Shown here piece by piece: positions 44,263 through 57,993 of a stretch of 64,000 bases of DNA. The translations under genes were made by a program, and so were the position numbers. Under the pieces are notes generated by a model. It ran no database searches, had not been told where the DNA came from, and saw only the letters and a program-made list of their open reading frames with translations. Numbering within the stretch: the stretch's first letter is position 1; every line of letters begins with the position of its first letter. The DNA is from Epithemia pelagica (taxonomy: Eukaryota > Protista > Bacillariophyta): contig OX337233.1 of the NCBI GenBank assembly GCA_946965045.2, positions 186,001-250,000 of the forward strand, in the 5' to 3' direction.

Positions 44263-45465
44263 CTAGGTTTCATCCGTCCCTTCATCATAACGGTGAGTAT
44301 CGGACCTTGAACGTTTACAAGCTAATGTCGATGTGAAGAAGGGTGAGATATCATCATCTCGGATACCCACACCTTCAAGAGAATGATACCATCCGTTGGG
44401 CTGCTGCTCACAGAGTCGGCGAAAACACCACGAATTCCTATCCAGTAGTGGTAATGTCGCACAGGAAGGATTGCGGAGTCCACCAATCACGGCAACTTGA
44501 TTGGCAACAGTCACCATAGTACAGTCCTCGCGGTGATTTACGAGTGGTGGGAGATTCCAAACGCGGTCGTGGTGCGTATCCAAGACTTCGACGGTTTGAC
44601 GGCTTCCTCCGCCCACAATAAGACAGGATCCCACGGCTACCATTGCAAAATAAGCTCGAGGGATGGGAAGCACCAAATCAGAATGAGTGATCCAACTGGA
44701 CGAGAAGGAAATGACTGTAGACAAAGAGTCGTCTTTTCTCTCCTCTGCAAAGTTCAAATACTCCACCGAGTCAAGTTGGCCGTTCTCGTTACGGCCTCCA
44801 ACGACAAAGATGCGGTGGCCAATAATGGCACTGGCACACCATTGTCGTGGAGCAGTCATTGATGGTCCCGCAATGACAGCGTCATTGCTGGTATCGATAA
44901 TATCCACCGACGACAAAGAACGATCGTTGTAGCCACCTATTATAACGATGTATCGGTTGTGAACTGGAACAGCACTACATCCTCTTCGTTCTGTTGATAA
45001 TCGACATGTCAATGTCGTCCAAGGGCTCTCCTGTGTGGTGCTGGATGTCGAAGATGATCGCAGCAAATCCTTTACGTCAATTCTTTCGATACAATCTAAA
45101 TATAATCTTCCATTGTATCCTCCTATCACATAGACGCCTCCGTTGCACCCAACAGCGGCATGTCCTCGACGACTCTTGTTCATTGATGGCCCTTCTCGCC
45201 ACTGTTTGTTTGGGTTTGCCAAGTTCAATACAAGAACGGAATTGGTGACAAATTTGCCTTGTTGACGTCCTCCCATCACGACGACCGTTTGTCTCTTCGG
45301 GTTGTTGTCGTTGCCGTCCGTATCGGGATGATCTAGTACAACCGTAGCATGACGATAACGCCATCCACCCGCAAGAGGAGGCCAGTCATTTTGATTCCAC
45401 TCAGCTGTCTCTTCCAAAAGGACAAGGCCCGACTGCCATGCTTGTTCTTTCAATGTCATGGGCAT
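44263..45465 (-). CDS. Kelch-repeat protein K5 (400 aa, intact)
   Basis: Uninterrupted Kelch ORF from MPMTLKEQAW. Confidence 0.92.
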   Translation of the reverse strand: MPMTLKEQAWQSGLVLLEETAEWNQNDWPPLAGGWRYRHATVVLDHPDTDGNDNNPKRQTVVVMGGRQQGKFVTNSVLVLNLANPNKQWREGPSMNKSRRGHAAVGCNGGVYVIGGYNGRLYLDCIERIDVKDLLRSSSTSSTTQESPWTTLTCRLSTERRGCSAVPVHNRYIVIIGGYNDRSLSSVDIIDTSNDAVIAGPSMTAPRQWCASAIIGHRIFVVGGRNENGQLDSVEYLNFAEERKDDSLSTVISFSSSWITHSDLVLPIPRAYFAMVAVGSCLIVGGGSRQTVEVLDTHHDRVWNLPPLVNHREDCTMVTVANQVAVIGGLRNPSCATLPLLDRNSWCFRRLCEQQPNGWYHSLEGVGIRDDDISPFFTSTLACKRSRSDTHRYDEGTDET

Positions 45466-46811
45466 GCTTCCAAACGTTTTGACTGCAGAATTTATGTGGA
45501 TCACAGAAGAGTGCTTTTGCGGCTGTTGTGAGTTGTTTTGGTATTACATGGATCGATGGATGGAAGCGAGAGGACTCTTACAGTACAATACACGTGGAAG
45601 CTTTGGAGCCCAGAGAGCGTCTGTCGTACGTACGATATCGCACATAGACTTCATGACAGGACCACAGCAAGCACAGCGTATCTTTCCCCAAAAGATGCGC
45701 GTCTGTTCCTAAAACCAAACGATGGACAACATCCACAAGAACAAGGCGTCGAAGCATCCTCATGTCAAAACGATCCACAGCCTTTTATAGAGCCAAACCA
45801 GATGAGGACCCCACTGTCACGACAACAAAAAAAGAAACCAGCCTTCGGAATGAACAAGGCCAATTGTGGACGGGTGCATCTGCGGATGGGTCAGGAATGT
45901 ACAGGATTGGAACAAGCCTCGAGTGTGGTCAACAGTCACTCAGCTGTGGTAGAACAACGAGTGGTACAACAACCACCACCAGTCAAGCTTTTCCCTGGCT
46001 TCATCAAGCAACCATGATGACTAGCATGATGACGACGACTGCAGCCCTGCCTCAAGACAATAGCAGCAGGACCTTGAAGACAAAACGACAAAGTCTCAAC
46101 CACCCAAACCACAACAACTGGCAACCGGCAACATCCACACCACCACTCTGACACTCGCAAGTGGCACTGGTGCAGATGTCCGATTCTTGGTTGTTGTTGA
46201 ATTCCACTCGCTCGGGGACATAGTGGTTGTTGAGGCAGTCCCACACACAACGTTTCCCAGATGTTTACTTACCCACAACCCTTTTTGCCATTAACGTCCG
46301 AACCATTGACCCCTGTTCAGACCACCACTTTCTCAAGGCAAGAGAACAATCAACCGTAGCCAGAGCAAATGCTCACCGTCATTGAGGCTTGGTTAGATCA
46401 AGGTAGCTCCGAGCATAGCGCGCCTCTGTCTGTCTCCACAGTCACCAGAGTGTCTCCCTGTTATGTGGACACGGAGACGATGCATTCCAAGGATGGAAAC
46501 GGGTGGTGCGAGGGAGTATTACTTGCCACGGAGAAATACCGCAGGGACTGCCAAAGGACTCAACAATACGACAAAAATAGCACTCAACACAGCGCAAAAC
46601 TCTGCATAATCCATGACATTGTTTTGTCGTTTTGGAACAGTCGCGTTCTCCTAGACATGCCGTATAGCATCATTAATGATTTCATTTCTACTACAGGGAT
46701 TCACATCATAATTCCACAGGTAGCAGACAATAAATAAATATGTTTGAGATCAAAATGATTATTTGATAATTTCACCATTGTAGGTGACATTAATGCAACG
46801 TGATGCCCACT

Positions 46812-48026
46812 TCAAGTTTCATCCTTGCCTTCATCACCATGGCGTGTATCGGGCCTTGCTCGTTTATTAGCTGATGTTGAGGTGGAGAAGGGTGAAATAT
46901 GAACATGTCGGAAATCCATTCCATCCCGGAACTGGCACCATGCGTTAAGCTGCTGATCACGGAGACGACGAAAACACCACGTATTCTTGTCCATTAATGG
47001 GAATGTCGCACAGGAAGGATTGCACCATCCACCAATGACGGCAACTCGATTGGCAACAGCCACCATACTGCAGCCACTGCGGTAATCCACGAATGGTGGA
47101 AGATTCCACACGCGGTTGTGGTGCGTATCCAAGACTTCCACAGTTGAGGTGTGTTCTCCCGCCACCACCAGACAAGATCCCACGGCTACCATTGCGCAAT
47201 AAGCTCGACGGCTGGAAAGCACCAATTCAGAGTGAGTGGTCCAAGCCGACAAGAAGGAAATGACTGTCGTCAAAGAGTCGTCTCTTCTCTCCTCTGCAAA
47301 GTCCAAATACTCCACCGAGTCAAGATTATCGTCCTCGTTTTGGCCTCCAACGACAAAGATGCGGTGTCCAATAACCGCACCGGTACACCCTTGTCGTGGA
47401 ACAGTCATGTTTGGTCCCGCAACGAGAGTGTGGTTGTTTGTATCTATAATTTCCACCGACGACAAATAATGATCGTTGTTGCCACCCATTACGACGATGC
47501 ATCGGTTGTTAACCGCAAGAGCACAACATCCACGTCGGCCTGTTGATAAACGACAGTTTTATGTCGTCCAATGGCTCTCATGTGTGCTGCTTGGTGTTAA
47601 GGATGCCTTCAGCAAATCACTGACATCGATTCGTTCCATGCAATCTAAATATGCTCGATTGTATCCTCTCATCATGTATCCTCCCATCACGTAGACCCCT
47701 CCATTGCACACAACCGCGGCATGTCCAGAACGTACCTTGTTTATGGATGGCCCTTCTCGCCACTGATTGTTTGATTCTGCTAAATTTAATACAAAAACGG
47801 AACTGACATCATTTTGGCCTTGTTGCCATCCACCCAACACGATGACCGTTTGTCGCCTGTTGTTGTTGTTGTCGTCGTTCTTATCGGGATGATGGAGTAC
47901 AACCGTAGCATGAAGCGAACGCCATCCACCCTCGAGGTGAGGCCAGTTGTTTTCATTCCATTCTGCTGTCTCGTCCGAAAGGACAAGACCCGACTGCCAT
48001 GCTTGTTCTTTCAGTGTTGTGGTCAT
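46812..48026 (-). pseudogene. Kelch-repeat gene K6 with in-frame nonsense codon
   Basis: ORFs 47559-48026 and 46812-47489 are in the same frame. TAA at 47559-47561 replaces the conserved Leu of HWTTLTCRLS. Confidence 0.88.
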
Positions 48027-51000
48027 GGTTGCAAATGTTTCAACTGCAGAAATTATGGGGACCGAGACACTGTCTTATAAGAGGCACGTAGGTTTGCTCT
48101 GTTGTGATTTTGATGGGTGCGGACTGGAAGCACGACTGACTGCACGAAATGGATGGACCAAAGAGGGGTAGGAGCTTTCGTCACGAGACATCAAATCGTG
48201 ACAATATCCACGTAGTGAAAAAGATCACGTTTGGAGCTCCATGAAAGGTTTTGGATATCGAAATAAACCTCATGGCGAGACAGATGGTTCCTATCCATTT
48301 CTCTGTCTCCTTGTGTTGCATCCATAGGTTCTCCGTGGGCGCTCATGACTAGAGGATTTTTTTGCAATCCAAGTCTCTGCTTTCGATAACCACGACTACT
48401 CTTCTTACAGAAGGACCCACGGGATGATGATGTACACTTACAAGAAACAAGAGATTTCTCGTACCCATAATTACGTAACTTTCCTCATGTTGAAGACGAA
48501 TGCGGTAAATCAGACGAGGATTCGCTCCCAGTTCTTGTTGCTCATCTATTAGCGCTAGGCTGTTTTTGGGAAGACGACCAACTGCTGGGACCACTTGGTC
48601 GGTCGAGAGAGACTCATCACAACCAATGATTGCGCACGGGCACTGTGGGGTCGTTGGGCAGACCATCTCGAGGGAGTTTGGTGGGTAAAGAATGACCGAT
48701 TTTCAACGTTTCTGCATCCTCGGTGCTGCCGCTGCTACACTCATTACTGTACTGCACTGATTGTGCACATGTTCGTCATTCCGTCGTCTCTAGTTTCCGC
48801 CATTGTTCGAGCTTTGCCAAACGCCCTTGGGAACCATCAGTATACCGATTGGGCATGTGCTCCTCCGTCCTCCCCTCGACTCGCACCACAAGAATGGTAG
48901 AATGCTCATTGCCGGCAACCAAGGCTTGTTTCCAATCCCCTCTAGTAGCAGAATAACAATTTGTTGGTGGGTCCCAACAAGAAAAGGTCGACATTGGGAA
49001 TTGAGTGGATCATTTCTGGTGGCGACAAGAAGAGTCCCTTTAGTGCCGAACAAGAAGAAAGTTATAGCTGCAGGCCATGAAGCGTCAACGGAGAATGCCC
49101 GTAACAGCCATGAAGGTCGTGTGGATTCGTGTCAGATCTTTTGTGGTTGTTGCGGATGTCACTTGCAATGGGTGGTGGAGTACAGTATGGTCGGGTTTTG
49201 TTTGGCATTTCCATACATCCCAATCACAATGCCATGGAATACCCAACAATGCAATGAAGGCTTCACAGTCTGTCTGGTTGTTGGTTCCCATCAACGAATA
49301 CCCAGTCGACCGAGAAGCAACGACACTGCGCACAGGCCGTGGATGGAGACCTGGGCAGTGATGCGAGTCGTCTGGGAAGGAACTTGGTTCGACCGAGCTG
49401 TTGTTGTTTCGTCGACCGAGCTGTTGTTGTTGGCACTGCTCTTGTTGTTCCATCCTGCTACTTCTTCTGCTGCTGGTCGATGGTCATGACGGGTACCGGT
49501 CGTTGTCATGGTACTGGCTCAGGTCAGTTTCGTCATCCTGCAATTTTTGCCATGGGTCGTGGTGTCTCTCGCGAAGAACCCCAGTAATACAACGGATCAA
49601 AAGGCCAAGGCCACTTGCTGCTGACATGGCATGGTACGGTGTTTGTAAACTGTTGACCTTGGCAACCTGGCTAGGCGTCTTTTACAAAAAGCACCGGCAG
49701 GTTATGCAATGCATGTTATGGGTCCATCTGTTGCGTGTGGTTGGAGGTTCCCCAAGGAATACCTGCCATGAGTTTAGACTGCCAATTGGGATGATCATTC
49801 TTTGGCCGCCATGGCCGTGGATCGAACGCCGTTGCCGTTGGGATGATACCGTAGATGCTAGATGCCTTGTTTCCCATTGAGTGTAGCAGTAGATTCTAAT
49901 AGAGTGGTCGTCTTTTGGCGACGACATCAATCGATATTTTAGAGTGAAAGGGCTCGTCTCGGTCGGCGCGCCTGCGAGCCATTCCTGTCCTCATTCCGCG
50001 ACCAAGATTTGGAAGGGACTCAGACTTTGGGGGAGGGGGACTCCACATCACAGTTTGGGGGAAGATCTATTATAACGACAAAAAAAAGGGAATAGTCTAT
50101 TCTTCCAGCTGCCGCACGCGCGCCGCTACTGAAACGACAAAAAAAGATCAGCACGGCCATTCTTGTGTCCTCCTCCACTGGACTTCAACAGTGGAGGACC
50201 AAAGTGTTATACTCATGTATGCACTACAAGTGCTGTCATTTAGAATCCAGATGTTTGCCGTTTGTTTGCTCGCATGGACAATCCAGCAAGCCATACTTGG
50301 ACACGAGGTGGTGGGTGGGGATACCGCAGCACTGCCATGGTCTTTTTTTCCTTCCTCCGTGATAGTGCCATGGGAAAGTGGCTATACTTTGTACTCTGCA
50401 AACTGCTATTGTGGATCTCCATGGACCGATCTGACGACGGTGTGAAGACATGTCTCTCTTTTGGCGTTGGACTTGTATGTGGGAAGTGCTCCTACAGCCC
50501 AGTGTCGCCGCAACAGCGCAAGCCAGGAAAGAAACCACGATGGAATCCCATAGCAAAAGTACAACAACCAAACCGCATTTGTCGTTGTCACACTGGACGA
50601 AAAAAGAACACCATACTACAAGACCACGCAAATCTCTTTGTGTTGTGGCACCGCATGGCAGTCTGGTCGACAATTATATGTGGACTCTTTCTCGACATGA
50701 CACCATAAGGACCTGTGCTGAATCGATAACAAAGTCGCCCCATTGGAAGTACATAAAAATGTGGAGGCTCGAAAAAAGTACGGAGCTTTACAGCAACTGG
50801 TATAAAACTTATGACGACAGCTCTGAATGGAAACGTCGTATGTTTGCAACGAATGCTCAAAGTCGGACCACCGTGACGAGGAGTGCAGTACTACGGATTG
50901 AAGGATGGACCCTTATTCAACTCCTCCCGATGCGTCCGATTGGAGTAGTGGAGAACTGGTTATGGAAAGGATCGCATCGCCCTTTCAAGTCTAATACGTA

Positions 51001-51970
51001 CGAAGATTCAAGCTTGGTGTTGGTGCGGAACGACAAGGCAGCAACACCAATTAGAATCCAACGAAGAAGAAGAAAAACAACAACAACAACAACCACAAAT
51101 TCTAGTAGACTACAGCCAAGACATGATCGGCGGCATTCGTGGTCGTGGTTTTGTTGTTGGTACCGCTGAGTTCGGTACGAGGCTCAAATGTGGTAGTGAT
51201 CGAGGTCCAACACTGCTGTGAGACGATAGGCATGACATGATCGGCGCGGGTCGTGGTTGTGTGGGTGTTGTACGAGGCACAAACGATGTACTGGTCAATG
51301 TCCAACACTGCTGTTCGACAGTGTTGTAATCGTGCAACAAGGTTTCGGCGGAACTGGCATTGAGGGGCAAGACATAACTTTGCACACTACGATTGTTCTT
51401 GTGGATCCCCATGGACCGATACCCATGGACTGTCAACGAGCCACTACGGAGAGACTGATTGCTGGATCGACGCAAGCAAATTGCCGAATTGGAGAAAATA
51501 TCGAACACACGACGGTGTCACAAAATCCAAAGGAATCGTAAATGTCCTGTCACCCGAAACCACAAGCACCAAGAGACGGGGTACTGTCCTCTCACGCAGG
51601 CGTTCGCCATAGAAGGACCGGACCCCACAATTGAACGCATGGTCGGAACGAAGACGACCGTCCAAAACGAGTCACTGCGCCCAAGTGTTTCAGGCACGCA
51701 ACCATAATCTTCCACAGCAAGATAACTCGACTCATTCACCAGCAGAGAGGCATGGTACCATGGGCATCTATATCCAAGGCCTGCCTCCACTCCTGTTTGC
51801 GGTGTAATGCAGGATAGTGTAACTTTCGTTTTCTACTAGTACAACAGTGTTCATTATATCTCTATAGGTCGCAATGTCATAACGAACACAATCCAACTAC
51901 TGTTTGAGAGTAAAATGATAATGCTAAAGTTCCGCTATTGTTAGGACATACATGCAATACGTTGCAGATT

Positions 51971-53158
51971 TCAAGTTCCATCCTTCCCTTCATCACCACG
52001 GCGTGTATTGGGCCTTGCGCGTTTATGAGCTGATGTCGAGGTGGAGAAGGGTGAAATATCAGCATGTTGGATATTCCTTCCTTCCCCAAAAAGAAACCAT
52101 CTGTTGGGCTGCTGCTCACAGAGTCGTTGAAAACACCACGTATGCTTGTCCAGTAGTGGTAATGTCGCACAGGTAGGACTGCCAAAACCACTTATCACGG
52201 CAACTTGATTGGCAACAGTCACCATACTGAAGTCATCGCGGCGATTTCCGCATGGTAGGAGATTCCACACACGGTTGCGGTTCGTATCCAATACTTCCAT
52301 ACTAACATTGCCTCGTCCTCCCGCCACAACCAGACAGGATCCCACGGCAACCACTGCACAAGAAGTTCGTGGGTTGGAGAGCACCATTTCAGAGTGAGTG
52401 TTCCAAGCGGACGAGAAGGAAATGACTGTAGACAAAGTGTCGTCTTTTCTCTCCTGCGTAAATTCCAAATACTCCACCGAGTCAAGATGGCCATTGTCGT
52501 TATGACCTCCAACGACAAAGATGCGGTGGCCAATCACCGCACTGCCACAAAGTTGTCGTGGAACAGTCATGGATGGTCCCGCAGTGACAGTGTGGTTGTT
52601 TGTATCTATAATATCCACCGACGACAAATAACGATCGTTGTAATAGCCACCCATTACAACGATGTATCGGTTGTGAACCGCAGCAGCACAACATCCATGT
52701 CGTTCCTTTGACAACCGACATGTCAATGTCGTCCAATGACTGTCCTGCGTGGTGATGGTTGTCAAAGATGATTGCAGAAAATAATTGGCATCAATTCGTT
52801 CAATACAAGCCAAAAGTCCTCGACTGTATCCTCCCATCACGTACACGCCGCCATTGCAAACAACAGCGGCATGTCCATAACATCTCTTGTTCATGGGCGG
52901 CCCTTCTCGCCAGTGCCTGTCTGGGTCTGACAGATTCAATGCAAGAATGGAGTTGACATAGCCTTGGCCTTGTTTGAATCCTCCCAACACGACGACGGTT
53001 TGCTCCTCGTTGTTATCGGTAGGATTCAGTACGACGGAAGCATGATAGTAACGCCATCCACCCTCAAGAGGAGGCCAGTCCTCGAAATTCCATTCAGGTG
53101 TCTCTTCCAAAAGTACAAGGCCCGACTGCCATGCTTGGTCTTTCAGTGTCGTTGTCAT
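51971..53158 (-). CDS. Kelch-repeat protein K7 (395 aa, intact)
   Basis: Uninterrupted Kelch ORF from MTTTLKDQAW. The longer 502-aa track ORF includes non-homologous upstream sequence. Confidence 0.92.
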   Translation of the reverse strand: MTTTLKDQAWQSGLVLLEETPEWNFEDWPPLEGGWRYYHASVVLNPTDNNEEQTVVVLGGFKQGQGYVNSILALNLSDPDRHWREGPPMNKRCYGHAAVVCNGGVYVMGGYSRGLLACIERIDANYFLQSSLTTITTQDSHWTTLTCRLSKERHGCCAAAVHNRYIVVMGGYYNDRYLSSVDIIDTNNHTVTAGPSMTVPRQLCGSAVIGHRIFVVGGHNDNGHLDSVEYLEFTQERKDDTLSTVISFSSAWNTHSEMVLSNPRTSCAVVAVGSCLVVAGGRGNVSMEVLDTNRNRVWNLLPCGNRRDDFSMVTVANQVAVISGFGSPTCATLPLLDKHTWCFQRLCEQQPNRWFLFGEGRNIQHADISPFSTSTSAHKRARPNTRRGDEGKDGT

Positions 53159-54805
53159 GATCCCAATGTCGACAAGAAATGGCAGCACGAGAGCGGGTCT
53201 ATTTGTATAATAGAGCAACGCGTGGAAGTGGAAGCTTTGCTTTTTTGCGTGGAGACCGGCGCGCGTGGAGACAGAAAAGGTGTGCCTGTCCTGCGTACGA
53301 TGGTGAAGGGCAGTCAATCGCACATAGATTTCATGACAAGCCCCCAAAAGTATCTTTTGCTGTAAAAGATACGACGACGAGGGAGAGAGAGAGAGCGACA
53401 TTTGTGATGAAGAGTCCTTCTGTATGATGAATAGGTCCACAGATTGACAATCCCTTATTTCCAAGTCATCTCGTCCCACGCCATTTATGGAGCAACACCA
53501 TTCTTCCCTTGGTCCTATACAGTCTGTTCACAACGACAACAACAACAGAGAGAATGGTCTTGTTGACTTCTTGATCCAATGATTCGAATGTGCACCGCTC
53601 ATTGGGTTGTTTTCGAGAATGTCACGTGGATTTGGTTGGACCGCAAAGGTTGGTCCTGTGGCAGACGCGTATTGCACTGGTTCAAGGGCCTCCATTCGCC
53701 AAGGTGGGTGTCAGGACCGGTGCTACATTTGCCAATGGGTGATGGTGTTGTCTCGATTGAAAACCACAAGAGTTCAAGAAGGAAAAACTAGACCGGATGA
53801 GTCGTCGCTTGGATGCACCTGGCGTCGAGAACGTACAAGAGTTTTGTGAGTCAGGCTATGTCAAATTGCCGGTGTCAAACCACTAATGACGAAAATACAC
53901 CGTTGCAACAATAGAGGCCCTGGAAATTGCAGGATGAAACTGACAGATTCGAGAGTTGCATTCTTGTGGGTCCTTTCCAAAAACATCCAGTTCCGGGATT
54001 TCTGAAACAGAGGTGGTAGTACAACGGCAAGAACATGAACAAGACAATGACAGAGTGGCCTTGTCCAATGCTTGTGTGTTCTCTGACATCAAACACCGAT
54101 CGCGAACATGGATACTGACTGTGAATCCAAGCCTGGTAGTAGCTGCAGCGGCGGCAACATTGCAGTTTGAGCGTGGCTCGATCGATTCTAGGACCAAGTG
54201 GAACAATTCTGGTCGAGACAAGTCTAGAGTCCTTTGAGTATTCGTTTCCAAGAAGAGGAAGAAACTTGACAAAACAGGAAAATCCAGTTGCTGCCGGCCT
54301 TGAAGCGTAAGCGCAGAATGCCCGTAACAGTGATGAAGGTGATGTTTGTTGTTGTTGTTGGAATATCCAACAATACAATGAATGCTCCACAGTCTGTCTG
54401 GTTGTTGGTTCCTTTCGCATACCGCGTCGACGAGAAGCAACGACACTGCCCACATGCTGAGGACGGAGACATGGGTAGCTTGCGAATCCTCTGGGAAGGT
54501 AGTTCGTCGACCGAGCTGTTGTTGACTGTTGACACTTGGCAACCTCGTTCGGCGTCTTTTACGAAAAGCACCGGCAGGTTGAGACGGACAAGCATTAAAA
54601 GTCGAAAGTCATCTGGAATTCATAATGCGGCGGTACGATTGCTGTAAAGCTGCGCAATGCATGTTCTGATGATGGTGGGTTGTAAGATATGGCCGTCCAC
54701 GTTCCACATCGTCCATTGTCGTCGACCCGTTGTTCGCCACGCAACAGTCCTAGCGTTTCTAATATCTTTTACTGTCCTAAAGATAGGCTTTTTTCCATTA
54801 TTAGT

Positions 54806-54902
54806 TCCCAGCGGGAGTGAGTCATGAGGATTAGTGAATGAGTCGTTTGAACAGCAAAAGCACGGCCCACATGCGACCCGACTGTTCATCCCCGCTGGGG
54901 GA
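54806..54902. mobile_element. ~100-bp MITE-like element with CCCAGCGGG / CCCGCTGGG inverted ends
   Basis: Inverted repeats at 54807-54815 and 54891-54899. The same unit is split by the RecQ element in copy A (1431-4591). Related ends occur at ~32930 (TCCCCAGCGGGGG) and ~62667 (CCCCCGCTGGGGG). No clear TSD. Confidence 0.5.
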
Positions 54903-55539
54903 AATCCATAATAGATGGACGAAGCGAGATGACGGCGATGAGGAGGACGGCGACGACGACTTGACCTCTCATCGAGCAATTTCACCAACATGTCTCTTCC
55001 GGAGACGATGATAGATAACGAAAACCATGAAGTCGCCTCCTTCAATCCGTGACAATTGAATTGCGGGGCCCAGGATGAGCATGAGAGTTTGCATGAACCG
55101 GCAAGTTCGAATGCGAATCTCTCCGATCTACTGTGAGCAAAGATCCGCAAAAAGATGCGACAACTCTCGATGGGGAGTCATTCTTGTCATCAATGACCCA
55201 CCATGGTGGCTGCTCCGTGCCGTTGCCGTTCTGAATTCTGGAGCCGTGGCACTGGCAATGGGCAACTCAATTTGGGCTCGTAACCTGGCAAACCGTGTGG
55301 ATCTTTGTCCTTGGCTCGTCCTCTGTTGAATCGTCTTGAAACAACTCTGGAGGGGAGTTTGGTTTTGCAGACGATTCATCGACTGTTCGGAATGGCACTT
55401 GGACGGCTGGACAACCAAGGTTTGTCCTCCCGTTGGTACCAGTGCAAGGGATCTCGGTGGAACATCGTACCATGGCACCATCTCCGATTTCCATTATTGC
55501 TGGCATGTGAAATAGACAAGTAATATACAACAACCTTGA

Positions 55540-55953
55540 CCAAGACCAAATGCCTGGTGGCTATCGGGTTCGATTGCGCAAGTTCAAGGAGGTCCCTATT
55601 GGCACTTGGCTGTCATTGCCAATGTCTATAACGATGGACGGTATCTGCTCGATTGGAAACCAGAATTCAACGAACATGAAGTGGAGAGGGTGAGTCGTTT
55701 TGATCCCCCTTCTGTGATTGGCGAAACTATTCGGTACGAGTGATGGATGAAGCAATCACATGGGTGTATAAAGATTGTCCTGTACGGTTGACTTAGTCCG
55801 ACACATGGCAAATGGCGATGCCTCTTTTACAGTCGAGGCAAATGGTTGTATACGACAGAGTTTGAGGACGGTGAGATTTGGGACAAGATTGAATTTGGTG
55901 ATATTCAGCACGCTGTCAGAGAAAAGAACGAGGCGCGTCCTCTACAGTCATAG
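55540..55953 (+). pseudogene. Second copy of the decayed Tudor/Agenet-like gene
   Basis: Duplicate of 5232-5645 at offset 50308, with the same disruptions. Confidence 0.33.
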
Positions 55954-56198
55954 TGATTGTAGTTTGTTACTGTTGGATTCCAGCCAAAAAAAGCGAATTC
56001 TGCAAAACCATCTCTTGAATCTGATCGGTAGAGGCTGGCAAAGCAATTCACACAGCGATAAAAACGGTCAACAAAAAGCAACGCTGTATTACATGAGTGA
56101 TTATTCTATAGTTTCGCCATTGTAGGGAATACATGCAACATGTTGTACATTTCAGGCTTATCCTTCCCTTGTTCATTGCGATGCGTATTGGTCGTGCT

Positions 56199-56530
56199 TC
56201 ATTTAGATTTTTTGACGTTGACGTGGTACTGCTCACACAGTCGTCGAAAACACAACGAATTCTTTTCTATAAGTGGTACTGTCGCGCAGGTAGGATTCTT
56301 GTACCCACCAATGGCGGTAATTTGATCCGCAAGAGTCACTAGAATGCAGCGTTCAAGACGATTTCCAAAGGGTGGGAGATTCCACACGCGGGTGCGGTGC
56401 GTATCCAAGGTTTCCACAGTTGAATTGCGTCGTCGTCCCGCCACGACCAGCCAGGATCCCACAACAATCATAGCACAAGAACATCGTGGATAGGAAAGAA
56501 CCAAATCAGAATAAGTGATCCATGGATGAT
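56199..56530 (-). pseudogene. Kelch gene C-terminal fragment (duplicate of 5890-6225)
   Basis: Near-identical translation PWITYSDLVLSYPRCSCAMIVVGSW...CFRRLCEQ. Confidence 0.8.
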
Positions 56531-56780
56531 GACTCTGTGTCCTGCAAAGTGCCATGATGCCACCACAAAGTCCCAGATTCTTGTCTCACGACCGCACGAC
56601 CACGGCAGTGGCTCTTCCACATGTAGAGACAAAAATGTGGTCTTCCTTCCCCGCCTTTGACAACAAACCAGCACATTCTATCTTGCAACATAATCTTTCA
56701 ACTTTTGAGTAAACCACTTACTAGGTTCTAGGATTACAATCGAACATAGAAAACAAGTCAGTGACTTGAGAACAAAACGT

Positions 56781-57993
56781 CTAGTAGGCTTCATCCATCC
56801 CTTCATCACCACGGTGAGTATTGGACCTTGCGCGTTTAAGGGTTGATGTCGATGTAAAGAAGGGTGAGATATCTTCATCTCGGATACCGGCATTTTCAAG
56901 AGAATGATACCATCCGTTCGATTGGTGCTCACATAGTCGACGAAAGCACCATGTATTCTTGTCGATTAGTGGCAATGTCGCACAGGAAGTAGTGCGCCAT
57001 CCACCAATCACGGCAACTTGATTGGCAACAGTCACCATACTGCAGCCCCAACGATCTTCTTGCAGTCCAGGGAGATTCCACACGCGCTTGTAGTGCGTAT
57101 CCAAGACTTCCACGGTTCGACTGGGTCGTCCCACTACCACCAGACACGATCCCACGGCAACCACTGCACAAGGGCTTCGTGCATTGGAAAGCCTCAACTC
57201 TAAATGAGTGGTCCAGGTGGGTGAGAAAGAAATCAACGTCGAGTCAGTTTCCTTTTCTGTCTCATCACTGTCACAGGGTGTTGTGTCGTCCAAATACTCC
57301 ACCGAGTCAAGATTGCCGTACCCGTTTCGGCCTCCAACGACAAAGATGCGGTGACCAACGACTGCGCTGCCAAAAAATGATCGAGGAATATTCATGCTTG
57401 GTCCCGCAGTGACGGTGTGGTTCCTGGTATCAATAACATCCACCGACGACAAATAGCGAACGTTGAAGCCACCTATTACAACAATATATCGGTTGTGCAC
57501 CGCAACCGCACAACATCCTCTTCGTTGCGTTGATAAGCGACATGTCAATGTCGTCCATTGGATCTCGTGTGTGCTGCTGGTTGTTAAAGATAATTGAAGT
57601 ATATCCTTGGCATCGATTCGTTCCATGCAATCCAAAGATCCTATATTGAATCCTCCAATCACGTAGATGCCGCCATTGCACACAACAGCGGCATGTCCTT
57701 CACGACTCTTGTTCATGGGCGGACCCTCTCGCCATTGCATGTCTGGGTCTGCCAGATTTAATAACAGAACGGAATCGAGACTGCCTGGATCTGCTTGATA
57801 TCCGCCCAACACGACGACCGTTTGTCTCTTGCTGTTGCTATCTTTGTCAGTATCGGGATGATTTAGTACGACGGATGTTTGATACTCTCGCGCTCCTCCC
57901 ACAAGAGGCGGCCAGTTTTTCATCCCATTCAGGTGTCTCGTCCAAAAGGACAAGGCCCGACTGCCATGCTTGTTCTTTTAATGTCACGGACAT
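56781..57993 (-). pseudogene. Kelch-repeat gene K8 with N-terminal frameshift
   Basis: MSVTLKEQAW...EWDEK (ATG 57993) and WPPLVGGAREY... are in different frames. The shift is at the T5 run 57916-57920, so a homopolymer sequencing error cannot be excluded. Confidence 0.8.
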
